In this document: positions 1 through 8,380 of the stretch, piece by piece
Layout: each line of letters begins with the position of its first letter
Numbering within the stretch: position 1 is the first letter of the stretch
From: an uncultured Dehalococcoidia bacterium
Lineage (GTDB): Bacteria; Chloroflexota; Dehalococcoidia; Lucifugimonadales; UBA1127
Direction of reading: 5' to 3'
Length of the DNA: 64,000 nucleotides
Assembly: GCA_913049785.1 (NCBI GenBank)
Contig: CAJWXP010000003.1
Location: forward strand, 14,890 to 78,889
Translations under genes and position numbers: made by a program
Notes under the pieces: generated by a model
Database searches by the model: none
Told to the model about the DNA's origin: nothing
Seen by the model: only the letters and a program-made list of their open reading frames with translations

Positions 1-33
1 GCATACAATGGCGGCATCCCGTATTAAGGAGCA

Positions 34-606
34 TTGATCATGGCTGAGGTTCCCGAGTGGTATGCAGCGTTCGTTGGAGCGGTGGTTGCCCGACTCCCGC
101 GCGACATTGATGAAGCGACTGCCAAAGTTTTGACCGAGTCCCCGGAAGCCCTTGAAGAGGCGTTGCGAGGCTTATTGGGCGGGGTAGAGGCCGGTGGGTC
201 TATCGATGCCAATGCGCCGTTCCACAACGATAAGACCACTGAGGGTTGGCAACTTTTGGTAGACGAATCAGAGCCCTCGCAGATCTCTGCAGATTCCATC
301 GAGATGGTGATCTTTATCGAAGAAGGTCAGCCCGACCTCATCGGCGAGGACATGGTGGAGCACGTGCTGGCCATCCCATCGAAGCTGGGGCAGCGGCACG
401 CCGAGTACTTGATCGACCATCAGAGTGTCATCCCGGAAGAGTTCAGGCGATACAGCGTGATTTTCCCCGGGACGGTGTGGACGGACAGTGTGGGGAACCA
501 CTATGTCCCTTACATCAAGTACAGACAGGAAGAATGGACGATCGACTTCGGCATCGTCGAGGGCGGCGTGGATGATCGTGACCGTTACGTTCGACCCCTG
601 GCTTAG
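34..606 (+). CDS. hypothetical protein (acidic, no family recognised)
   Basis: 190-aa ORF with ordinary composition. Overlapping ORFs 24..299(-), 246..575(+) and 268..501(-) are Arg/Pro/Gly-rich shadow frames. Confidence 0.5.
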   Translation: MIMAEVPEWYAAFVGAVVARLPRDIDEATAKVLTESPEALEEALRGLLGGVEAGGSIDANAPFHNDKTTEGWQLLVDESEPSQISADSIEMVIFIEEGQPDLIGEDMVEHVLAIPSKLGQRHAEYLIDHQSVIPEEFRRYSVIFPGTVWTDSVGNHYVPYIKYRQEEWTIDFGIVEGGVDDRDRYVRPLA

Positions 607-639
607 TATGCGTCACCAACCTGGTCAATCGAGACGCAC

Positions 640-1413
640 ATGACCACTAGCGACTGGAATGCCACGCTGTATTTGAACTTTGGCAACGAGCGATTGCGAC
701 CCGCTCTGGACTTGCTGGCTCAGATCCCGACAGAAGACCCCAAGCTCATCTATGACCTAGGGTGTGGGCCGGGGAACGCCACGGTGTTCTTGCAGCAGCG
801 ATGGCCCAACGCCAGGATCGTGGGCATCGATTCGTCGGCGGACATGATCGAGAAAGCGCAGGCCGTCAGCACCGACATCGAGTGGCAGCTGGCAGACCTC
901 ACCACCTGGCGGGCCGATGCCCCTGCCGACGTGTTGTACACCAACGCCACCCTGCACTGGCTCGACGACCATGAGACGTTGTTTCCCAGCTTGCTGGATG
1001 CCGTGAAACCCGGTGGTGTGTTGGCCATCCAGATACCCAACAACTTCTCAGCGCCAAGCCACACATCCATCGCTGGCGTTGTGCGAGAAGGGCCTTGGCA
1101 AGAGCGGTTGAAGCCCTTCCAACGTGAGCACCCGGTCAAGGAGATGGGCGAGTACTACCAGATACTACGGCCCCACGTCACGTCGCTGAACATGTGGGAG
1201 ACCATCTACCACCAGCAGCTTGAGGGCGAGGACCCTGTGGTGACATGGACGATGAGCACCATGCTCCGACCGTTGCTTGACCAGTTGAGCGAGGCGGAGG
1301 GTGCCTCGTTCGTGGAGGACTATCGGCAGCGCGTCCGGAAGGCATACCCGCAGCAGCCCGACGGTAAGACGATCATGCCGTTCAAGCGCATGTTTATGAT
1401 CGCCATAAAGTAA
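640..1413 (+). CDS. tam: trans-aconitate 2-methyltransferase-like SAM-dependent methyltransferase
   Basis: N-terminus TSDWNATLYLNF, SAM motif DLGCGPGNAT and ANATLHWLDDH. Colinear over the full length with E. coli Tam as recalled. Confidence 0.85.
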   Translation: MTTSDWNATLYLNFGNERLRPALDLLAQIPTEDPKLIYDLGCGPGNATVFLQQRWPNARIVGIDSSADMIEKAQAVSTDIEWQLADLTTWRADAPADVLYTNATLHWLDDHETLFPSLLDAVKPGGVLAIQIPNNFSAPSHTSIAGVVREGPWQERLKPFQREHPVKEMGEYYQILRPHVTSLNMWETIYHQQLEGEDPVVTWTMSTMLRPLLDQLSEAEGASFVEDYRQRVRKAYPQQPDGKTIMPFKRMFMIAIK

Positions 1414-1416
1414 CGA

Positions 1417-1830
1417 TCACTCCCGGTTTATCATAAAAGTAGCAGCTTTATCGAAGTAATCGAGTAGCAGAGCAACATCATCCTCAGCCGCGTCAGTAGA
1501 CAACACCGCCTCACGCATGTGCTGGAACCACGCATCGCGCTCCGCCTGTCCTATGGCGAATGGCATGTGGCGCATTCTGAGTCGCGGGTGCCCTCTATCC
1601 CTCGAGTAGTAGGGCGGCCCACCCCAAAGTTGTACAAGAAACATGGCCAGGTTGTCTTTGCCCGGATCCAGGTCTTCTGGGTACATGGGGCGCAGTGTGG
1701 CATCCACCTCCACAAACCGGTAGAACCGTTCAACCAGATCCTTGAAGTACGGTATGCCGCCTACGCGTTGATACAGTGTGCTCTGCGGTTCTGTTCCCTG
1801 GGCTTCCGGGCCTGTGGGGCTCTGTTGCAT
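1417..1830 (-). CDS. group II truncated haemoglobin (trHbO-like)
   Basis: YQRVGG..FY..V..D..LRPMYPEDL and GHPRLRMRHMPFAIG motifs. Typical length of about 130 aa plus a short N-terminal extension. Confidence 0.85.
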   Translation of the reverse strand: MQQSPTGPEAQGTEPQSTLYQRVGGIPYFKDLVERFYRFVEVDATLRPMYPEDLDPGKDNLAMFLVQLWGGPPYYSRDRGHPRLRMRHMPFAIGQAERDAWFQHMREAVLSTDAAEDDVALLLDYFDKAATFMINRE

Positions 1831-1880
1831 CTGCGACTCCCTATTTATCTATTGCCAAGGGTAGTTAAACGGCCCGTATC

Positions 1881-2543
1881 GTGTCAAACTCACCGCTCCT
1901 ATGTGGAGCCACTTCTTCAAGCCACCAAGGCATTCTTGTTGAGCCACAGGGGGCTACTGAGTCCACGGTCATGGGCCCCTTCTATGTTGAGAACGCACCA
2001 ATGCTCGGCGCTGGTGCCAACATCGCCCGGGAGGTGGACGGCGCTCCGCTGCTGCTCTCCGGTAGGGTGCTGGACACTGCCGGTAGTCCGGTGCCCAACG
2101 CGCTGCTGGACGTGTGGCAGGCGTCGTCGCTTGGGCTCTACGACGTGCAGGACTCCAGCCAACCAGAGTTCAACCTGCGTGGGAAGTTCGTGACAGACTC
2201 GGAGGGTCGGTACGCATTCCGGACCGCACGACCGAAGAGCTACCCCGTGCCAACCGACGGGCCTGCAGGCGAGCTGCTCCGTGCCTCAGGGCGACACCCT
2301 TACCGCCCCGCCCACGTGCACTCCATAGCTTCTGCAGAGGGATTCAACAAGCTGGTCATGCATATATTCGACAGCGAGGATGAGTACTTGGAGTCTGACG
2401 CAGTGTTCGCGGTGAAGTCGTCACTGATCCGTGACTTTAACCGCCTTGACACCCATGACGCAGACCACAACGCCACACTGCCGTTGCCCTATTACACCAG
2501 TGAGTTCGATTTCGTTCTGACCCGGCCCGGCGAAATGGCTTAG
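1881..2543 (+). CDS. intradiol ring-cleavage dioxygenase (catechol/hydroxyquinol 1,2-dioxygenase core domain)
   Basis: GPFY, LDVWQA, GRYAFRTARPKSYPVPTDGP and YRPAHVH motifs. GTG start. Only about 50 nt separate it from the divergent globin gene, so the usual N-terminal helical domain is absent. Confidence 0.8.
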   Translation: MSNSPLLCGATSSSHQGILVEPQGATESTVMGPFYVENAPMLGAGANIAREVDGAPLLLSGRVLDTAGSPVPNALLDVWQASSLGLYDVQDSSQPEFNLRGKFVTDSEGRYAFRTARPKSYPVPTDGPAGELLRASGRHPYRPAHVHSIASAEGFNKLVMHIFDSEDEYLESDAVFAVKSSLIRDFNRLDTHDADHNATLPLPYYTSEFDFVLTRPGEMA

Positions 2544-2574
2544 AGGCCCTCTGGCCCGCAGGCCGGGCCCAGAC

Positions 2575-2614
2575 AAGAAGAGGGCTCCACCTACACAGGC
2601 AGAGCCCTCTTCTT
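2575..2614. terminator. hairpin between convergent genes (possible bidirectional terminator)
   Basis: AAGAAGAGGGCTC-N14-GAGCCCTCTTCTT. A half-copy CAGGCAGAGCCCTCTT recurs at about 2667..2682. Confidence 0.4.
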
Positions 2615-2721
2615 CGTTAGCTAACCTAACCTATGTTGCCAGCAGAAGCCCCAATGGGGCCTATCCAGGCAGAGCCCTCTTATTCGCCAGTAGGCCTAAC
2701 ATGTTTTGCCCACAAAAGTGT

Positions 2722-3273
2722 CTAAGACACTTCGAGTTGGTCAGCGTCCGCCGCAGGCTGCAGGTCGAAGGCGTTGTTGATGGCTGAGATGTACTGGTAC
2801 TGACCGGCCGTCGCCGTGATCTCCACCACCCAACGGATGCCCTTGCGCTTGATCATGGAATCGAACAGCGCCTGGTCGACCTTGTTGGTCTGAAGGAGCT
2901 GTCGGACGTAGGTAACGATGTCGCGATAGTCCTCGGAGAGTCCGCTGACGTCTGCGCTGTGACGGACGGCCTCAATGGCGTCTTCTGGCACATCGTTGTT
3001 GCGAGCTGTGTTCACGTGGGAGGCCCACTCGTATCGAGCATCCTTCTCTCGCGACACCGCCAGGATGGTGATCTCCCGCTCTCCCATGGTGAGGGACGAT
3101 TTCAAACGGACGTGCGCGCCAGCCTCCATGACCTTCTGGGCGAGCCCGGGGCTGTACGCCAGCACCCCGAAAGGTCCGGCAACGCGTCCCAACGTTTCCA
3201 CAATGGCATCTATCTCCCCATGCTGGTCCGCCTCTACATCACTCTTTTCTGCAATCAACTTGATCCTTGGCAT
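2722..3273 (-). CDS. carboxymuconolactone decarboxylase (AhpD-like fold) family protein
   Basis: 183 aa. Central REITILAVSREKDARYEWASHV block is typical of the CMD family. No CxxC motif. Confidence 0.8.
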   Translation of the reverse strand: MPRIKLIAEKSDVEADQHGEIDAIVETLGRVAGPFGVLAYSPGLAQKVMEAGAHVRLKSSLTMGEREITILAVSREKDARYEWASHVNTARNNDVPEDAIEAVRHSADVSGLSEDYRDIVTYVRQLLQTNKVDQALFDSMIKRKGIRWVVEITATAGQYQYISAINNAFDLQPAADADQLEVS

Positions 3274-3473
3274 GATTCCCTCCCTTTTGTTTTTGTCCCT
3301 TATGTTTTGAGCTAGTGTCCCGTATGCGCATTATCCCCAACTGTCGTCAATGCGAGGAGGAGGTCGTCGACGAAGCAATCTACCGGCGGAATCAGTCTCC
3401 CATTCAGATTGCCACGACCCTTCCGCAAAAAGCGGATCTGGCCTCGCAACGGCACTCGTAACGTGCCGGTCGC

Positions 3474-3821
3474 TTATTTCCAGTCAGAATCCGACGGGTA
3501 GATGTTCGGCCCGATGTGGAGCACGGACGGGCCATCCCGCCACTCGCCCGCGACCTCGCCGAAATGCTTGAAATGTGCCGATGCCTGGTGGTCCTTGAAC
3601 GCCGCCTCGTCCTTGTAGACCTCATAGAGGTGGATGGTGTTGGCGTCCTGTCCATCCTGCACAACGTCAAAGCGCAGGCAGCCGGGCTCGTCCTCGTTTG
3701 CGCCCTTGGCGTTCAGCAACAGTTCCTTGATGTACTGGTCATGGTGTTCAGGCTTGATCTTGATGGTCACAAACAGGATATGCACAGTATGTCTCCTTGG
3801 CGTTGGTATTGGTGGAGTCAT
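3474..3821 (-). CDS. antibiotic-biosynthesis-monooxygenase (ABM) domain protein / putative quinol monooxygenase
   Basis: HILFVTIKIKPE...CLRFDVVQD...IHLYEVYKDEAAFKDHQASAHFK is a typical ABM ferredoxin-like fold signature. The true start may be the internal GTG just before HILFV. Confidence 0.75.
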   Translation of the reverse strand: MTPPIPTPRRHTVHILFVTIKIKPEHHDQYIKELLLNAKGANEDEPGCLRFDVVQDGQDANTIHLYEVYKDEAAFKDHQASAHFKHFGEVAGEWRDGPSVLHIGPNIYPSDSDWK

Positions 3822-3923
3822 TGTAGGCTGAGGCGTAATGCTGTCAACCTATCGGGCTTTGGCTATACGTCGCGATGCCTCATATAGCTCGATGTAGTCG
3901 GCCACTGTCGTTCGAGCAATGGC

Positions 3924-4637
3924 TTGGCCAAGAAGGTCAACGATGTAGTGGCAGCGGGCGTCGCCAAGCACCCCGACAGGTTCTCCGGGCTTGCCGTGGC
4001 CCCACTATCGGAGCCGGAAACGGCAGCGAAAGAGATGGAACGCGCCGTGAAGGAGTTGGGTCATCGGGGAGTGGCCATCGGTTCCAACGTGGATGGCGTG
4101 AACCTGGACGCGCCGGAGTTTGGGCCCTTCTTCAAGACGGTGGAGGCTTTGGGAGTACCCATCTTCATCCACCCGGTGAACGCACTGGGTGCCGACCGCT
4201 TGGCCAAGAACGAACTCAACAACTTCATCGGGTTCGTGACGGACACGGCTGTGGCGGCAGGCTCCCTCATCTTCGGCGGCGTTATGAAGGCGTTCCCGAA
4301 CCTGAAGATATACCTGGCGCATGGAGGCGGCACCTGCCCCTTCATTCGCGGTAGGTGGGATCATGGCTGGGAGCATCGATTGAAAGGCCCGAAGATCGAC
4401 AAGGCACCAAGCGAGTACCTCAAGCTCTTCTACGCCGATGCCCTGGTACACTCCAAACAGTCGCTGGAGTACGTGGTGGATGTGTTCGGCAAAGACCACA
4501 TCATGGTCGGAACGGACTACCCGTACGATATGGGCCATCCGGACCAGCCCGCATGGATCCGCGATTCAGGGTTCCTGTCGACGAGTAGTGTAGAAGCCAT
4601 CCTCGGCGGCACCTCCGAGAAGCTGTTTAGCCTTTAA
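3924..4637 (+). pseudogene. 5'-truncated amidohydrolase-2 (ACMSD-like decarboxylase/hydrolase) remnant
   Basis: Retains HPDRF, IFIHPV, YLAHGGG and GTDYPYD blocks. The N-terminal ~90 aa with the HxH metal site is missing, and no upstream space exists because the ABM gene on the other strand ends at 3821. Confidence 0.55.
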
Positions 4638-5115
4638 GACACTGCTCCAACAGTTCCAATGCCGCTTTGGTGAAGGCCCACATGTTGGCCTCACGGTCGG
4701 CGCTACGCGTCTCCAGCGTGATGGTACGCTCTACCGGCCCGGAAACGGCGAAGCACGCATGGCCTGAAGCATCGCCGTAGCGGTTGCCTGTAGGGCCGCT
4801 GGCACCCGTCTCACTGAGCGCCCACGTTGTGCCGAACTTCTCTCGCACAGTCTTGGCGATCAACGCCGCATAGGGCTCCGTGCTGGCTCGCATGCCGATC
4901 TTCGCCATGTCCTCTTCAGAGATGCCAAGCAGAGTTCCTCGTGATACGCCTGTGTAGGAGACGATCCCACCAACGTAATAGGCCGATGCTCCTGGCACTG
5001 ATAGCAGCGACGCCGATATGAGTCCGCCTGCGGATGAGTCGGCCACCGCGATGTTCTGTTGTCGTTCTTTGAGCAGCGCTCCTACCGATGCTGCTAACGG
5101 GGTTAGGTCTGGCAT
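4627..5115 (-). CDS. CinA-family C-terminal domain protein (nicotinamide-nucleotide amidase PncC-like)
   Basis: IAVADSSAGGLISASLLSVPGASAYYVGGIVSY...SETGASGP motifs. Start moved to ATG 5115 (MPDLTPLAAS); the ORF-track extension to 5181 is unlikely. Confidence 0.8.
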   Translation of the reverse strand: MPDLTPLAASVGALLKERQQNIAVADSSAGGLISASLLSVPGASAYYVGGIVSYTGVSRGTLLGISEEDMAKIGMRASTEPYAALIAKTVREKFGTTWALSETGASGPTGNRYGDASGHACFAVSGPVERTITLETRSADREANMWAFTKAALELLEQCLKG

Positions 5116-5351
5116 GTGACAACGCCTCCATTGTTTTCCTGGCATGCATTCTACGTGGTTCCACCACGCAGAATGTGACATCCCTGTAACAAGAACGAAT
5201 TGCCCATTCCCCCTGTTCCCACCTCACCCACCGTTCCCACCCCACTCGACATTTCTCCCCGTGGTGGTACCTCGCACACTTGGAAAATCAGCATTTCACT
5301 CTTTTGGGTGACTCCACGCCGGGATCTCTGACTGATAGTGACTCCAAATGT

Positions 5352-5420
5352 TAATGCGTTATTCATGCCTATCAACCATGCGTAATGCGTTATTTAGGTG
5401 CTTGGGGATACGCTATTCAT
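5352..5420 (+). promoter_or_regulatory. three direct repeats upstream of the 5472 gene (candidate operator sites)
   Basis: TAATGCGTTATTCAT (5352-5366), TAATGCGTTATTTA (5383-5396) and ATACGCTATTCAT (5408-5420). Confidence 0.3.
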
Positions 5421-5471
5421 AGGGAATCGCGCCCTCACAGGGGATGACAGTTGCCCTGGAAGTAGCTGAGG

Positions 5472-7010
5472 ATGATGAAGCAGCAGATCACGGATGTCCG
5501 TCAGAATGAAAAAGGGTTGATTACCCCGCTCATTCTTATGCTGCTGACAATGGGTACGTTCTTCCTGGTACCTAGCATCGGCATGGCCAACACTGCACTC
5601 ACAAGTAAAGGCATCCAGTCAGGCCAGCTTTCTGAGCAGTATGCCCGGGACGCAGGGACAGAGTTCGCCGTGTGGAATCTCATCCACGGGACTGCAGCAA
5701 CTACGCTGAATGAGCAGAACCCGGAAGTGGAGTATACCGTCACCTTGAACGGTGAGGCTGCCACTGTGACCCTAGCTTGGCACGCCGAGCAGGGGTCCCT
5801 TTTGGTTCCGGCTGCAGAGGACGATAAGATCAGACCGTCCAGCACGGTTGTGTGTGACAAAGACTATGACGGCTTCGACGACGACTGCCTAGCATTGCCC
5901 AAGAACCTCATTGGTATGGTGGCACGCTACACCATATTCCTGGAGCAGATCAGCCCAGAGACCTCCCAGGGCTTGACGATAGCCTACGATGAACTGCCTG
6001 CCAGGTTTTCCTACATCCCCGGCGGCACGTTCTCTGCCGATAGCAGCGTGATTACAGTGGAACCCTCCAACGTCGGCAACGGGCAGCACCCCATTCTGAT
6101 GTGGGACTTCCAGACAGGTTTGGGCAGCCCGGTCACGTTCAATCATGGGCAGGTGAAGCAGTTCAGTTTCGATGTGGACATCAGCAAAACCGAGAACCGC
6201 TACTGTAACGCGATCTACCTGAAGCCCAACCGTGAGAACACTGGTAAGGGCGCAGCCATCCACGTAGGCAATCCTTCAGAGACGGACGGCTGCCAGGGTG
6301 GAGGCGTGCTCACCTCCAAGTATGTGGACACTCCGGTGGTCATTGGGAATCAACTCACTACCCTCACATACGTGGCGAACATTGAGAACTTTGACACCAG
6401 TACCCTTCATCTCGACTCAATCCGAGACATCCTGCCCCAGGGTGGATTCGACTATCTCGCCAACTCCGCGTCCTACTTCTTAGCCGCCGCACCCTTCGAT
6501 CCGCTGGTAGACGACTTCACGTCAACTGCCGGTCACACGGTCCTTCCGGATACTGAGTTGCAATGGTCCACGCTGGGAAGCGGCAGGGTGCAGCTCATCT
6601 GGACTGAGCCCCACGGCGGAGGGTTTCCAAACTGGTCGATCGCCCCGGCCGGCCAGTCAGGTGATACATTGGTCATCCGTTTCCAGGCACAGGTCACCCT
6701 CACCGGATCCGGCACGTACTTCAATGAGATCTTCGCCGGCGTGGGTGCGGGTTGCAGTGCGCCGCAGAGGTTGGTGTCTGTAGGGGTGTTCACGCAGGGC
6801 AGCGAAGACGAGGAGTATTGCTCTCGCTATTCATGGCCCACGAGTGGCGTCGTGGTGCCGAGTTTCGACATCCGCTCCGAGTCTGGTGGGATAACCGGCA
6901 ACGGCAACGTGGTGATGCTCACCGACAACGGCTCAGCTCGATTGAACTCCTGGCACCTCAACGAAGGGCGAAGCCCTTTTGCTTTACGAGATTTGCCAAG
7001 GACCAACTAG
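5472..7010 (+). CDS. secreted/surface protein with PilX_N-like N-terminal anchor and DUF11-like beta-sandwich repeats
   Basis: N-terminus NEKGLITPLILMLLTMGTFFLV followed by QYARDAGTEFAVWNL (PilX_N pattern). Internal repeats resemble the 'conserved repeat domain' (e.g. LTYVANIENFDTSTLHLDSIRDILPQGF). Confidence 0.6.
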   Translation: MMKQQITDVRQNEKGLITPLILMLLTMGTFFLVPSIGMANTALTSKGIQSGQLSEQYARDAGTEFAVWNLIHGTAATTLNEQNPEVEYTVTLNGEAATVTLAWHAEQGSLLVPAAEDDKIRPSSTVVCDKDYDGFDDDCLALPKNLIGMVARYTIFLEQISPETSQGLTIAYDELPARFSYIPGGTFSADSSVITVEPSNVGNGQHPILMWDFQTGLGSPVTFNHGQVKQFSFDVDISKTENRYCNAIYLKPNRENTGKGAAIHVGNPSETDGCQGGGVLTSKYVDTPVVIGNQLTTLTYVANIENFDTSTLHLDSIRDILPQGGFDYLANSASYFLAAAPFDPLVDDFTSTAGHTVLPDTELQWSTLGSGRVQLIWTEPHGGGFPNWSIAPAGQSGDTLVIRFQAQVTLTGSGTYFNEIFAGVGAGCSAPQRLVSVGVFTQGSEDEEYCSRYSWPTSGVVVPSFDIRSESGGITGNGNVVMLTDNGSARLNSWHLNEGRSPFALRDLPRTN

Positions 7011-7078
7011 GTTATGTCAAACAAACAGGTAGGTAGCCGTCAGGGATTTTGACTTAAGTCTCTGCCTTGCCCTGGTTT

Positions 7079-7119
7079 GGTAACCGCAGGAACACAGGTC
7101 CAGGGTTAAACCCTGGTTA
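7079..7119 (-). repeat. family-A stop-codon-abutting bipartite element
   Basis: Read on the minus strand: TAA-CCAGGGTTTAACCCTGG-ACC-TGTGTT-CCTGCGGTTACC. The TAA is the stop of CDS 7117..8082. Confidence 0.8.
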
Positions 7120-8082
7120 GATTTCGAACTCCTGACGCATTCCCATAACAAGTGCCAGGTGCTCCACCTGGTCCAGCAGGTCGTCCACCGGGTTCAGCAC
7201 TAGGAGGCTCGCGCCGGCGTCGACGATCTCCTGCAGACCTGCCGCGATGAGGCTGCTGGGTCCTCGCAGGCTACCCCGCTCACCTAAGTCCGCGTCCCCT
7301 ATCTGGTGGCCAGCCCAGTCACGCATGCGCTGCGTTGCACGCTCGACGCTGTCGTCCAACGCCAGGAACTGCTTCTTGGCGATCGTGAAGGTGCTGGGAT
7401 CACGACCGTACTCTTCAAGGGCTTCCTTGACCACAGCAACATGCCCTTTGAACACATCAACAGTCATAGATGCTCCACCCATCCAACCATCGGCGATCCG
7501 CACAGAGCGACGTATGGCGTCCCGATGTCCGCCGCCAAGGATAATGGGCATGTGGCCCCTGCCAGCACTCTGCACAGGCTTCGGGTCCATCGTGGCGTTG
7601 CGGAGTGTCCAGAACTCGCCCTCGAAATCGAAGTCCTCCTCCGTCCACAACCGCTGCATCAGCCGAAGCCCCTCGTTGAAGGCTGGGAGCCGTCGCTCAG
7701 GCACAGCGTCGACCACCGTCTCGTTCAGGTATGTGCCGCCGAGGGAGAGCCCCACCGTCAACCTACCGCCGGAAAGCTGGTCGAGCGTCACCAGGCTTTT
7801 TGCGAGGCGAACCGGGTTGTGCCACGGCACAGGCAGCGTTGCAACACCAAGTCGAATAGTCGCAGTCGCAGCCGCCACGAACGACAGCAGGTTCAGCGGC
7901 TCAAGCCACGTGGCGTGTCCCATCATCCTGTCTTGCACCCAGAGACTGTCGTAGCCCAACACCTCGGCCCGCTGAGCGAAGCGAGTTATCGTATCCGGCT
8001 CTGCGGGGCCTTTGGGGAACGCCTGAGGCAACGATATTCCAACACGTACCTGGTCAGCTATGGCCACAAGTCCCTCCGTCAA
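7117..8082 (-). CDS. LLM-class flavin/F420-dependent oxidoreductase
   Basis: About 320 aa. VGISLPQ N-terminus, DSLWVQDR, LDQLSGGRLTVGLSLGG and ADGWMG motifs. TTG start. Confidence 0.85.
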   Translation of the reverse strand: MTEGLVAIADQVRVGISLPQAFPKGPAEPDTITRFAQRAEVLGYDSLWVQDRMMGHATWLEPLNLLSFVAAATATIRLGVATLPVPWHNPVRLAKSLVTLDQLSGGRLTVGLSLGGTYLNETVVDAVPERRLPAFNEGLRLMQRLWTEEDFDFEGEFWTLRNATMDPKPVQSAGRGHMPIILGGGHRDAIRRSVRIADGWMGGASMTVDVFKGHVAVVKEALEEYGRDPSTFTIAKKQFLALDDSVERATQRMRDWAGHQIGDADLGERGSLRGPSSLIAAGLQEIVDAGASLLVLNPVDDLLDQVEHLALVMGMRQEFEI

Positions 8083-8238
8083 TCGAGTTGATGGGCAAAA
8101 GCGTAGCTTGGCGGCCTGATACGGTCAACATGAGATTGCTGCTGCCATCTACACCATTCATCCAAAAAGCCCCCTTCTATTTCGCGTAGGGATAGTCCAC
8201 AGTAGCCGCCAGTAGGAAGGGTTATTGCTCGACCTTGT

Positions 8239-8260
8239 GGGTGCAGGGCCTAGCCCTGCC
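8239..8260. repeat. family-A-type hairpin (hairpin part only) in divergent intergenic region
   Basis: GGGTGCAGGGCCTAGCCCTGCC. A GGTAACCGTCAG tail motif lies separately at about 8328..8339. Confidence 0.6.
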
Positions 8261-8380
8261 TATGCTACAATAATCGAACTTTATCACCCCACTCGTTCAG
8301 AGGAAGTCAAAGGTGTACCGCCCTTTAGGTAACCGTCAGCAAGTGGGCGCCCCGCACAGCGGGGCCACAAGGAGGCGCCT

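Noticed and set aside
3325-3461. 45-aa ORF MRIIPNCRQCEEEVVDEAIY... in the 200-nt gap between the CMD and ABM genes.
   Set aside because: It is below the ORF-track threshold, has a single CxxC only, no SD and no recognisable family. It cannot be supported from sequence alone.
3850-3960. Possible remnant of an IS21-type transposase HTH on the minus strand (..AIARTTVADYIELYEAS..) at the truncation point of the amidohydrolase.
   Set aside because: It is about 30 residues with weak resemblance only, has no inverted repeats or further transposase sequence, and overlaps the plus-strand ORF. The evidence is insufficient.
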